Shown here piece after piece: positions 40,310-53,348 of a stretch of 64,000 nucleotides of DNA. The number at the start of each line of letters is the position of its first letter. Positions within the stretch are counted from its first letter, which is position 1. Source of the DNA: Octopus sinensis (taxonomy: Eukaryota); NCBI RefSeq assembly GCF_006345805.1, contig NC_042998.1, positions 137,950,001 through 138,014,000 of the forward strand. The letters are read 5' to 3'. The notes under the pieces are model-generated. The model saw only the letters and a list, made by a program, of their open reading frames with translations. It did no database searches and had not been told where the DNA came from. A program made the position numbers and the translations under genes.

Positions 40310-40719
40310 TTTATATATCTATATAAAAACATCCACTCACATATGTGTATTTATACGTGTGTATGTATAAGTGTGTATAGGTGTGAGCGTGTGCGTAATC
40401 AAAACACACATTCAAGGTGCGTCGACAAGTGGTTAAGTTGCTCAGTTGGCAATATTAAAGTTATGATTTCAATTCATGGAACGGACGCGTTGTGTCTTCG
40501 ATAAAATAAGTACTAGTCTTAAAAACAAAGTAAGTACTGTGGTCCATTCATGCGACTAAAAATGATTTAGCACGATGCTCTCTAAATAACAGAAACAAGT
40601 AAAAAATAAAAGATATATATGTATACACGTACATGCATGCATGCATGCATGTATGTATGTATGTATGTATGTATGTATGTATGTATGTATGTATGTATGT
40701 ATGTATGTATGTATGTATA

Positions 40720-41520
40720 CAGGGTGCGGTGAATAAATTGTCCTCTAAATTACGCGAAAAGGAAAATAACACTGACATCGCATTTTAACAGATATATTTA
40801 CCAAAATTACATAAAAATATCTTGAAATATTAGGGTATTTATTGAAAAAAACCCCCCAAAAACAAAAAAAAACCGCCGTTAGCTTCAACCACTGCCCACA
40901 GACGACTTCGGAACCTCCTGAAACTCTTCTGGACGGTTTCTTTGTTTAGGTTGGTGAATGCTGCCATAATCCTTGCCTTCAGTTCATTCTTGGTGTTACA
41001 AGGAGTTTTGTTGGTCTCTCGCTCAACTGCACCGCACACATAATAATCAAAGGTTTGCAGTCTGGAGAGTTAGGTGGCCAGATGTTAGGGGTGATGTGGT
41101 TGCAGAAATTGTCTGACAGCCATGACTGGGTTCTCCTGCTTGTGTGGCATGGTGCAGAGTCCTGTTGCCAGACATATGGTCTTCCAGCAGCCACCCACTT
41201 GACCAAGGGCAGCACTACCTCCTCCAGGCACTTGATGTAGACCTCCATGTTAAGTCTGAGGCCGTGTGGGAAGATGAATGGAGGTATAACGTTGCCATCA
41301 CTAGTGATCACTCCAAACACCGTTATATTGACTGGATGTTTTGTCTGAGGAATACCAAATGTCTTTATGCACTACCTGCCTGATAAGAAACTCAGACATT
41401 CCCATGTCCCTGGTGATGGACCTGATTGACTTGGAGGAATCGTTGTCAATCTTGGCCTGGATCTCATCAACAAATTCAGCAGTTAGCCGTATAGGCGACT
41501 CGTCACTCTGACCGGGCATA
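40720..41520 (-). mobile_element. maT family (DD37D) mariner transposon, internally deleted and frameshifted
   Basis: QQDSAPCH...WPPNSPDCKPL(D)YYV with 37 residues between the 2nd and 3rd Asp (1-nt deletion at the last Asp); terminus TA-CAGGGTGCGGTG. Confidence 0.88.
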
Positions 41521-41533
41521 GCAATTCACTTCC

Positions 41534-41570
<37 letters not shown>

Positions 41571-41752
41571 ACACACACACACACACGCATATACATAGGT
41601 ACACAAAGACACAAACACATACTTAGAGAGTGTGTGAGAGAGAGCGAGAGCGAAAGAGAGAGAGAGAGGAAGGGAGATAGAGCTAGAGATAGATGGATAC
41701 TTAGATAGAGAGATAGAGAGAGAGAGGAGAGGAGAGAGAGAGAGAGAGATAG

Positions 41753-41801
<49 letters not shown>

Positions 41802-41807
41802 TAGTAG

Positions 41808-41899
<92 letters not shown>

Positions 41900-42904
41900 C
41901 AGAGACAGAGAGATAGTAGGTGTACATAAGTGTATGGGCGAAGAAGGGTCTGAAAAAGCAAGCTACATTGTATTTAATAGGAGCTTACTGTAACATTCTT
42001 CACATAGCTTTGCGAACAAAGTTAACCTTGCGTTGGGCAATTGTATTTGAGGGGATAGGCTTATCACAAACATAACAGTGTAACGTAACGGTGAGAAAGA
42101 CTTTTAACATGTAAATAATATGTAAAGAGACATGTATGTATGGACACACACACAGAGGCACGTACGCACGCACGCGCGCGCGCACACACACACACACACG
42201 CACTCACACAAACACACGCAAACACGCAAAGATCAGGATTTTAAATCCAGGCAGATAGCTTATGAGCACTCTGTTAAAATCCACGCTTGACTCATCACAC
42301 CGAATATTAAGAAACATTTGGAATCGTGTACAATAAACAATTACAGTTGCATTCGTTTCGAGTTGTGTCGTTAACCAGCTGGAGAATGTGTTCTCCTAGC
42401 GTTAAAAAAATAGGAGTAACATCGTTCCGTACGGGACAGCCATATTGAAGTTACTACTTGCATCTCTCAGAGAGATTTTAGAACTCGCTACTTTGCTTGT
42501 TGCACGATCAGGAGCTGAATGTCACTTACTTTTCTATAGGCGTAGGAGTGGCTGTGTGGTAAATGGCTTGCTTACCAACCACATGGTTCCGGGTTAAGTC
42601 CCACTGCGTGACACCTTGGGCAAGTGTCCTCTACTATAGCCTCGGGCCGACCAAAGCTTGTGAGTGGATTTGGTAGACGGAAACTGAAAGAAGCCCGTTG
42701 TATGTGTGTGTATATATATATATGCATGTGTGTGCGTATATGTTTGTATGTCTGTGTTTGTCCCCCAACATCGCTTGACAACCGATGCTGGTGTGTTTAC
42801 GTCCCCGTAACTTAGCGGTTCGGCAAAAGAGGCCGATAGAATAAGTACTAGGCTTACAAAGAATAAGTCCTGGGGTTGATATATATATATATATTGTGTG
42901 TGCT

Positions 42905-43753
42905 CGAATACTTAAATAGTCTTGATTATTAATTCTGCCAAGAAGGGAAACCACTGGGCCGGCGGATTTCCGAGATATAGCGTCCCCCAGATCATCACAG
43001 AACCTCCACCATGTTTAACAATTGGAAGAAGACAGTCTGGATCAAATGTTTCTTTTGGCTGTCTCCACACGTATACTCGGCCGGTGGTCGGAAATAAGGT
43101 AAAGGATGACTCGTCCGAGAAAATAACACTCTGTCACTGTTCTAGGGACCAATTCTGTAGGTTTTTACTCCACTCTAAATGCTTTGTGATGTTTGTTTTT
43201 GAAAGTAGTGCTTTTCTGATTGCAACCCTCCCATGAAATCTGACTTTGTGCAGCTCCTGGCAAATAGTTTTTGTGGAAACTGGGTTCTCGAGGTGGTCAT
43301 TAAGCTCTGCAGTAATTTTGTGAGCTGTACTTTTGTGATCCTTTCTAATAATTCGCGTAAGAGTTCGACGGTCCTTATCTGAAAGTTTTGGTCTTCATCC
43401 GAAGTTTTGTTTCGACGAGGTGGTTTTCCCCCTCTTTCTCAAAGGCTGTCATTACTTTCGAGACAGTACTTCTTGATACACCAAACATTTCGGCTGCTTC
43501 CGTTACGCTAGCGCCTGCCATATGAGCACCGATAATTTGAAGTCTTTGAAAGTCCAATAGAACTCTCATTTCAATGAATTTTAATAACCTTTTTCTCATG
43601 ATATCTGAAAAGAAACAGCAATTTTAGCAAAACATATTAAGCAACACTAATAATAAATAAAAAACACATACAAATATACAAGCTTTTGACAGTTTCATAG
43701 ATATTTCAAAATTATGATGCTGGGTGTTTCCATCATTTTATCCAACCCATCAG
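42905..43753 (-). mobile_element. Tc1-like transposon, 5' half, same family as 9741-10716
   Basis: HTH region LLDFQRLQIIGAHMAGASVTEAAEMFGVSRSTVSKVM; TIR at ~43722-43753; overlap homology with 10180-10716. Confidence 0.88.
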
Positions 43754-43805
43754 TATGTATGTATGTATGTATGTATGTATGTATGTATGTATGTATGTAT
43801 GTATG

Positions 43806-43886
<81 letters not shown>

Positions 43887-44850
43887 ACATATGGTATAAT
43901 TATAAGCAGGCCAAATTTAGCCATTCCTCCGGAGACAGAAAAGAAATAAGAACCTTAATGGATTATCGAATCTTATTGAGTTCTCATCAGAAGCGTCTAC
44001 ATAATTCTGACAGTCTCCAGAGAAACAGACAACCAAACTGTTTATATACTCAGCAAATAAAGCAGTTACTCTATTAAGGATTCCCTAATCTGCACACTGA
44101 AAGTGTTTAACACCCTATAAATACAGCGGCCTGTCAACGGGGATCTTAGTCCATACAGTACCAAGGTAGGATATAATATTTATGTAACATATCGTATTAT
44201 TGTGAAGGCGCGTGGCTTAGTGGTTAGGGCATTCGACTCACGATTGTAAGGTCGTGAGTCCAATTCCCTGCGAGGCGTTATGTCCTTGAGCAAGATACTT
44301 TATTTTACGTTGCTCCAGTCCACTCAGGTGGCAAAAATAAGTTGTACCTGTATTTCATAGGACCAACCTTGTCACACTCTGTGTCACACTGAATCTCCCT
44401 GAGAACTACGTTAGGGGTACACGTGTTTGTGGATTGCTCAACCATTTGCATGTTAATTCTACGAGCAATCTGTTCCATTGATCGTTTCAGCTGGGACCCT
44501 CGTCGTCGTAACCAACGGAGTGCTCCTTTATGGTATAATTATAAACAAGGCAAATTTTAGCTATCTCTCCGCAGACTGAAAAAAAATTATGAACAACCTT
44601 AATCGATTTTTGAACCTCATTGGGTTCTCATCAGGGGCGTCTACATCAGATGTATATATATATATATTAATGAATTTATTGCTCTTATGGAAGAATGTTG
44701 AAAGTGACTGTAGTCCAACGTTGGCTTAGCTGGCCGAAACTTCGAAGTCACTGTCCACAACTTTCTTGTACAGTTCTATATTTAAGGGACGAGGAATTAT
44801 GTACATTATTTACATTTGACGCATATATGTCCTCATCTTGTTTGTTGTTA

Positions 44851-44893
44851 ATACAACGTTTCGGCTGATATACCCTCCAGCCTTCATCATTCC
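44851..44893 (-). ncRNA. Minimal HHR-like motif (C3 mutated), inverted partner of 45250-45295
   Basis: Reverse complement aTGATGA-a-ggctg-gagggtatat-cagcc-GAAA-cgtt-gtatt. Confidence 0.45.
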
Positions 44894-44911
44894 TAAAGTA
44901 TTTTTCGATGG

Positions 44912-44944
<33 letters not shown>

Positions 44945-45249
44945 GGTCACTGCTTGGAATCGAACTCGGAATCTTGGGGTTAACGACTCATGTACTGAGA
45001 AGAGCATTATCACCGTGAAAACAATATCCATTCATGAATTTATGTATTCAAAAATATTTTTAAATACATATTTAACTGTGAATTTGCGTGTGTAATCTGG
45101 GAATGCATACAATGAGCTTCTCTGCCCTAGGTTTACGAAAAACACTCGGCGAGAAATGGAAATAAATTTTGAAGAAAGAAGGACAAAAAATTAATAATAA
45201 CATCGAAAAATACCTTAGGAATGAGAACCTAGGTTCGAAATTTCTCCAA

Positions 45250-45295
45250 GACACCTGATGAAGGTTGGAGGGTATATCAGCCTAAACGTTGTGTT
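45250..45295 (+). ncRNA. Minimal HHR-like motif (G12 mutated) in a PLE-type terminal repeat
   Basis: gacac-CTGATGA-a-ggttg-gagggtatat-cagcc-tAAA-cgtt-gtgtt. Confidence 0.5.
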
Positions 45296-46744
45296 AACAA
45301 CAAACAAGATGAGGACAAATATCCGTCAAATGTAAATAATGCAAATAATGAACTTTTTTGTATAAGCATAATAAATTTGTACTCTACAAAAGTATAGAGT
45401 AATCCATCAGATTAGATTAATGTAAAATTGTGTTTATTATAACTGAGCATAAATGCAAACATTAATATATCTTAATGTATAAATATATCTATGTATATTT
45501 TAATGCAATGAGCGCGGAACCTGGACAGTGGAATTGATAAATGATTCGTGTTTTATTTTGTCGTATGCATGACTCTTCTCAGTGGGAAAGAAGGTGTTCA
45601 CAAACCGAAGACCTGGCCCGAATTCATGCAACAGAGCGAGGACTGCTAAAGGCATCTAAAAATGCCTGATGGTGGCGTTAAAGCCGGCGGTAGTTTAAAT
45701 TTACCACCTATGTACACCGCGAATAGATTCGAACTCAGAACGCAAAGAGCAGGGACAAGTACTGCAAGGAATCTGATCTGACGTCTTTACTGTTCTGCCA
45801 ATATGCCATCCAGATTGATCCTTTTTTTTATTGAGCCGAATGGACGAAAAAGAAAGTTGCGCTCAACGGGGTTTGAACTCAGCCTGTCAGTGCGAGAATG
45901 GAAATAAATACCGAGAGAATTCAATCAGACGCTCTGCCAATGATTTACAGTTACCCGTTCAATTCCACTCGTAAGATATAAGGCGGCGGGCTGGCAGAAA
46001 TGTTAGCACGCCGGGCGAAATGCGTAGCCGTATTTCGTCTGTCGTTACGTTCCGATTTCAAATTCCGCCGAGGTCGACTTTGCCTTTCATCCTTTCGGGG
46101 TCGATAAATTAAGTACCAGTTACGCAATGGGGTCGATATAATCGACTTAATCCGTTTGTTTGTCCTTGTTTGCCCCCTCTGTCTTTAGCCCCTTGTGGGT
46201 AGTAAAGAAATATATATCAATGTTATATGAATGAGCTAACTTTATTTCTTCTTGGACAGAAACTGAAGGTAAACACAATTTCCATAGCAATAGTTACGAG
46301 TTCAATTCCTCTCGCAAGAAACACTGCTTGTAATAAACCAGAGTCATATGAATGGAAGTAATTTATCTCTCTTTGGACAGAAACTGCAGGTAAACACAGA
46401 GTCCAAAGCAACAGTATCTATTTGAGCGTCAGCTTGTTTATGTATATTTGTTTTCGTGATTGTTATTACTTTTAGTCATTAAAAAACTGTCCACCAAAAA
46501 ATGAGACACACCCTTTACAAATTGCTTACATCGATCACGATTAGAGTTAAGTTGTCGTTGTTGGATCAATTAAAACACACAAACACACACATGCGTGTGC
46601 ATCCTCACACATCAATGTCTATAATTATACCTATAATACATACATATATGTATCTGTGTCTGTTTGTGTGTATGTATTTATATATACACACACATAGTCA
46701 TATATATACTTACATACATATATATATGTTTATGTATATATATC

Positions 46745-46775
<31 letters not shown>

Positions 46776-49700
46776 ATACATATTATATATATTACATAAT
46801 ATATATACTATATATAAATATATATATATAATAGATATTACACATATATAATATATATATATATATATATAATATTATATATGTGTGTGTGTGTACAGAC
46901 ACATATATGTGTATCTGTGGCGTGTATTGTAATGTATGTGTGTGTGATTATACTAATACATGCAGTTATGTTTACAAACGCACACATTTTTACTATGTAC
47001 ACACTGGAACGTCCACGTGTCCGAACCAGCATCATTCACCCGTATCTGTTTGCAATTAATTTGAACCTCCTATCCGTTACCTCTGATTGCATTGGAACAA
47101 CGGTAATGCCGTGAATCGATCACCCGCATGGCGCTGAACGTCTAGCGAGTCTTCCGCCTTGTTAAAATACTGTTTGTAAGAGAGCGAGATCGGAGGTAAC
47201 TTCCGGTTATTTGTGATTGCATTGTGTAATGCATGTATGCTGTGATGGCTGGTGATGGATGTCGTTGGGTGGGGAGGAAGCATTAGGTAAAGTTTCTTCT
47301 ATACTGTAAGTCAATCATCATGGAAATATTTGAATAACAACGGTAAAATGTAAAAAGAAAATAGAGAAGAGCGAAGAATAACGAAGACGAACGAAGAATA
47401 ACGAAGAACAATGGCAAATTTCAGAAGAATAATGAAAGAAAATGATGGATTTAGTTGAAGAAACTAGAAGTAGAATAATGAAGGAAAAGCGTAAAAGAAA
47501 ATGTGCAAGACCGGAAAAAAGCATTATTTGAATATGTATATTACGTAAAATGGCAGTCATTTCTATATTTTAATTAGTAGTATAATGGTATATTTAATAT
47601 AGTATAATCAGAAGGCGACTAGATCGTAGAATCGTTACAATGCTGGGCAAAATGTTTAGCAACATTTTGACCGTCTTTATTATTATTTTTTTGAGTTCAA
47701 ATTCTGCTGAGGTCGACATTGCTTTCCATCCTTTAGAATTCGAGAAAATAAGTACAAATTGAACACTGGGGTCGATGTAACCGACTTACTCCTTCACCCG
47801 AAGTTGCTGGCCTTGTGTCAAAATTTGAAGCTAATATAGTATAATTAGTATAGTAAGACGGTAAGCTGATAGAATCGTTAGCACATCCGGCTCTTTACGT
47901 TCTGAGTTCAAATCCCACCGAGGTCAAGTTTGCCTTTCTTATCATCTCTTCGGTGGTCGTTAGGATAGTGTACCAGTCAAGTACTGGGGTAAATGTGATC
48001 GATGCTTCTACCCTTCAAAATTGCTGGCCTTGAATTCTGAAATAGGCTGGGGTCCTGTTCAGTGAGGTATGTTGTGATCTCCGTCACTTATAGGCCATAG
48101 AAACCAGGAAATCAACTTTTGAGTTCTAGAGCTCAAGAAAAAGAAAATTAGCATGGTATAATTAGAATAATTATACAGATTATTTTCTAAGAGGCAACTA
48201 TAAAATTGTTTTATTACATTGGCAATATGTGTAATATTTATAAACTAACTTAGCAAGGAAACTGGTTCTGATCTTATTAGAAAGATATTTCACTCCTTCC
48301 TTGGGAAAGTCATGAACGTCACAATGTTCCATTTCCCTAATTTCCCTTTACCATACAGAGCTTTGTGCCTTGATCTAAAACAGCCGCAATCGTATTTGTT
48401 GGTGAGTGACCAAGAATTAGGTGGGAAACCCGCGGCAAGTCTAGACCACGATCCGAGTTTAAGCCTTGTTTCAAACAATTCAGCTAAATATGGTTTTAAC
48501 CCGAGTATTTTATTATAGAGATGGTAAATGTTGTAAACTAACTTTAAAATTTCGATGCGATGAGTCTCTGAGTTGGTTTCATATCCTTTTTTCCTTCAGG
48601 GAAGTAAAATGGCTACTGTATTTGATGGCATATAAGCTGCACTTTTTCACACAAAAAAAAGCCCCAGAAAAGGGCATCAACACCTTGGATTAATGAGCTC
48701 GTACGTATTTTATGTCTTCAAATACGATATGTCCTTGGTTCCCAAGGAAATTACTTTTATCATAAGGTACACAATCAACTTTTAGCATTGCTTAGGTTTC
48801 TTTTAATTAGGGTAAATGTTCTATATTTTCAAAGACGTTCATACTTTTTCCAAGAGCATTAGTTTGGAATTGAAAGGAAATGGTTTCAATCAAGAAGCGA
48901 AACCGGTTCACATTCTTGATTCTCAGCTTACGTTTTATTTTTCAGTGCTTCCACAAATAATATATTACCATATCAAACAGAAAATAAAAGATGTCGCTGT
49001 AACTAGAAAAAAATATGTAGAAAAACAACACCAACAACATAATAGGAAGAATATATTTGTTTTTATTCGAACATTTTGCGAAAAATAAAAAGCCAAAAAA
49101 AAAACTAAACAAAGAAAAAAAATTCCAGCAACAATCAAATGTGCCTGATTTGGAATGTTAAATAGGTTTTCAATAACTGCAAAAATAAGAAAAAAAGAAC
49201 TGGAGCGAAAAAAATTTTAACGCAAAAAATCCCAGAAAAATAATATAATTTGCAATTATTCTTTAAAATTGATCAAATATGATATTTTCATTGAAAAGTT
49301 TCTTTAAGTTATTGTAAAAGGAATAATTTCTTAATAGGAATGATTGACCTAATGTAAAAGGTTAGCTCTTGGTTACATGAGTCTTTAATCTGATTAACTT
49401 GTTGAGATCATTCGATTTTAATTACGGTATTGATTGTTGATTGTGTTCTTTTCTACCAGTCAAGTACAATGCCAATTTTCGAACAGACTCTCGAGCGTTT
49501 ACGGTATCGATCACAAGAATTTCCGAAAAATGGTTAGTATATATCGGTATGAATGAATACCATTAACGAACGAGTATGTTCCATGCTTGTTAATCCCGCA
49601 CTGGTTTCATTCTTAGTTATTTTCACGTTGGTTTTCTTTCATGTATCTTATACAGTTTCATTCACACCCACCTTTGACATTCCAATGTTATGTTGCATAA

Positions 49701-50645
49701 CGAAATCAATATTTATTTAAATTCTCTGTGAGGAATCTCAGAAACATCTTAATCATTCTAGCCAAAATTTTCATCAAAGATCAGTGTTCCAGTGCAATAA
49801 ATTCTCGCATTATTTTATTAATAAAAATCGGACGAGATGAACACTTTCGTCAACAATGTTTTTAGTAATGCTAAAAACTATAACTAAATTTGAATTGCTT
49901 TACAGCTAATTTAAAATGAAAACAACAAAAGTTGGTAATTCTAAAATTTGGCCAGTGTCCTTTTCCTACAGCAGAGCAAACAGAGCTGTTTTAAGGAAAG
50001 TGACCTGTCCATAGCATTTTCATAGGTTTCTCCAAAATATTTAAGCTTTTTTTTCAGACTTTTAGTTAGCCCTCGTTTCATATGTTCTGAGTAATATAAA
50101 GCTTTCATTTCATAAGCCCTAAGTTAGTCTAGTAATGGAAAAAAAATGGGTATGTGTATCATACATGATGCATGGATGTCAGGGAAACATATCCTCTGTA
50201 ATACATGTGATACACAAGACAGGTAAAGGATTAATAAACATAAATAAAGAATGTCTGTTGTAGGTATCATACTTAATAATCTAAAACCTCCTCATAAAGT
50301 AAAATGTGAAGGAGTCAGAATGCAATGTGAAGGAGTCAGAAATTCTGTTACAGGTCTCGTTCTCTCTTCGAGCCGAACATTAAATTTCGTTTCCACAATG
50401 CAACCATCATTATAATGGAGCTGGTGCAATGTGTGTGCGTGTGTGTGTGTTTAAATATCTTTTATCTTTTACCTAGTTCAGTTATTAGACTGAGGCCATG
50501 CTGGGGTACTTGCCCCGAGAATTTTAGTCGAACGAATCGACCCTAGTACTTATGTTTTAAAAGCTTGGTACTTATTCTATCTATCACTTTTGTTGGATCT
50601 CTAAGTCACGGAGACGCAAACACACCAACATATATGTGTGTATAT

Positions 50646-50684
<39 letters not shown>

Positions 50685-50811
50685 ACATATATATCACGTG
50701 GTCACGTGACCGACCAGACTATCAGATGTTGTTACACATCGCTGGTCACAATGCGTTCGCATTGTTTTAGCCTTCGAATGACGCTACCCCGCTGGCTAAG
50801 CGAGCAGGCCA

Positions 50812-50861
<50 letters not shown>

Positions 50862-52318
50862 TTACACACATAATATGATATAGACATGTACACATATAAA
50901 CTCAGACACGCAAACATGCCATGTATTTAACTTTGTCCACATAATATAAATTACAAATCCTAATTTTTTGGGTTGGCTTCGTTTTGAAATGCATTCATTC
51001 ATTTTCGATCTCACCACTACAAACCCATCACACTCGAACACATTTTATGCTCGTCAATTGAAATTTCTCTATTTTTTGTAGCATCTCGAACGTTAAACTA
51101 ATACACCTGTTTGTTGTTTACACATCCGTCTTCGTCTTTTGTTTTGTATTGTTTTTGTAAATTCCAACTTCATACACACATACATACATGCATACATGTA
51201 TACACACATACATACCTACATACATATATACATACACACACACATACATACATACATACACACATACATACATGTATGCATACATACATACATACATACA
51301 TACATACATACATACATACATACATAATACATACACACATACATGTATGCATACGTACATACATACATACATACATACATACATGCATACATACATACAT
51401 ACATACATACATGGTGGTTGTCTATTCCTTATGCAGAGTCTGATCACCTTTTGCACTTACTCCTTAGATCTATTATGGCGTCTGATGTGGCTTTTTAAAC
51501 CAGACAACGTTTTGAAAAGACACCCACATAAATTGTTTATCTACTTTGGACCATCAAGAGCTGCAGTTAAGTTCTGATCTTTGTGGGTCTTCAAATATGT
51601 GTAAATACATACATACATACATACATACATACATACATACATACATACATACATACATACATACATTTGCACAGAGTCCTCCGATAAAAGTTCTACATTC
51701 ATATAGATGCTTAACTACAACGAATCCCCTAGGAATACTTCATTATATCAAGTTATAGATTACTATGTCCCTATCTGTAACTTGATGCAATAAAGTGTTC
51801 ATTGTGGTTGAGTATGTGCATTTAGAACTACTGCAGGGTTCCAAAGAACTATAATGGTGAAATGCTCACAGGAACTTTAATATAAACTCGTATTTATTTT
51901 TATTTTTCTTACGTTTGCTCTGCAGCTCACAAGTTATACTGCTCAGTATAGAAATTACTTAACAACTATACAGAAAGCAAACTGAATCATAAAAGTCTAG
52001 ACATAACAGTAGCATTCGTACATCTAGCTATATGCACACAATTTATTCTACACACACACACACACACATACATACACAAACACACCCACACACAAACACA
52101 CAAGCACCCCCTCCCACACACACACACGTTGAGTTATCCTCTTGCTTCTTTTAGTTATGATTTTGAGGCAAGTCGTAACTTATCTGAAGACACTACACAT
52201 ACAACTGAAACTCAGAGAAGCAAGAGACTGACTTCATCAAAATAAAAAAAAATGTTATTAATCATTCGTTAGGTATCGAGTACTCCTCCTTCCGTCAGTT
52301 AACACCACACACACACAC

Positions 52319-52375
<57 letters not shown>

Positions 52376-52379
52376 CCTT

Positions 52380-53348
52380 TTATTTCAATGAAATGAAAAG
52401 GATATAACTGACGATGAACACTAACATAGTTAAAGAGGCATCCCATTTGTTGGCATTAGATTTAATATATTCCATAATAAGAGTTATGTTTGGACACACT
52501 GAATCTGTAATAGTAGAACTGTTGCATAAGTCTGTTTTGTTCAGCTGCGATAAAGATATGCCAGCCAGACTAGGTGGAGCTAGGCAAATTATATTTTCCA
52601 AATTTGCATCCGAAGTTAAAACATTTTCCATCAACCAAACACTGTTACAATTACAGGTCATGTTTGCTTTAATTTTTACTAAGGATATATTATGAAAATT
52701 ATTACAACCAAATTGAATAATTCGGCTTTTTAATGCAATAAAGCCCGTGAGTGTTCCATTGCTTACAGCCTGTGCTTGCATATCTTCGATAGTACTCAAG
52801 GCTATAAGGAGTTTAGATGTGATTTTATTGAATGTTGCTGTCTGTATTGTACTAATATTACTTTTGAAAATGTTAAAGGTTGAGGCATTGAATTCAGAGA
52901 AAGCAAAGGATTCAATTGTATCAATAGAATCGTTAAGGAACATGAACTTGGTGATGTCTAGATTTCTGAAAGCATATGGTTCAATTTTCTTAATGCTTGA
53001 ATGGCTAATCAAAAGTAGTTTGATATTCCCCAAACCTTCGAAAGCGTTCGTTTTGATTGTGCTGATATTAAGATATTGCAATACGAGAGTGTCAATTGAT
53101 GTATTTGGTTGCATTTTGATGACAGGAGCCGGTATATCTACCAACGTCTCCCCTTTATTATCAAAACTTATTCTTTTAAATTTTCCTGCAGGTAAAGAAA
53201 GTGGTAAGCTTTCAACACTACATTCCATTTTATCGATTGATTTACATTTACAAAAATCCGGGCATGGTATCTTGGTGTCTACTTCATCTGCCAGTGCCAC
53301 TGTTTTAAGAACGAATATGAAGAAAACAGCAATCATGGAGTTGGGCAT
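52380..53348 (-). CDS. Extracellular leucine-rich-repeat protein: signal peptide, LRRNT, about 6-7 LRRs, LRRCT, probable GPI-anchor signal (322 aa from Met at 53348)
   Basis: Signal peptide MPNSMIAVFFIFVLKTVALA; CPDFCKC..MEC cap; repeats such as ISTIKTNAFEGL, IKKIEPYAFRNL, IDTIESFAFSEF; CNCNSVWL...IICLAPPSLAG...LC cap; terminal hydrophobic tail after SNA. An acceptor-like ttcttctattttAG at 53385-53384 suggests the start of the longer ORF is intronic. Confidence 0.9.
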   Translation of the reverse strand: MPNSMIAVFFIFVLKTVALADEVDTKIPCPDFCKCKSIDKMECSVESLPLSLPAGKFKRISFDNKGETLVDIPAPVIKMQPNTSIDTLVLQYLNISTIKTNAFEGLGNIKLLLISHSSIKKIEPYAFRNLDITKFMFLNDSIDTIESFAFSEFNASTFNIFKSNISTIQTATFNKITSKLLIALSTIEDMQAQAVSNGTLTGFIALKSRIIQFGCNNFHNISLVKIKANMTCNCNSVWLMENVLTSDANLENIICLAPPSLAGISLSQLNKTDLCNSSTITDSVCPNITLIMEYIKSNANKWDASLTMLVFIVSYILFISLK

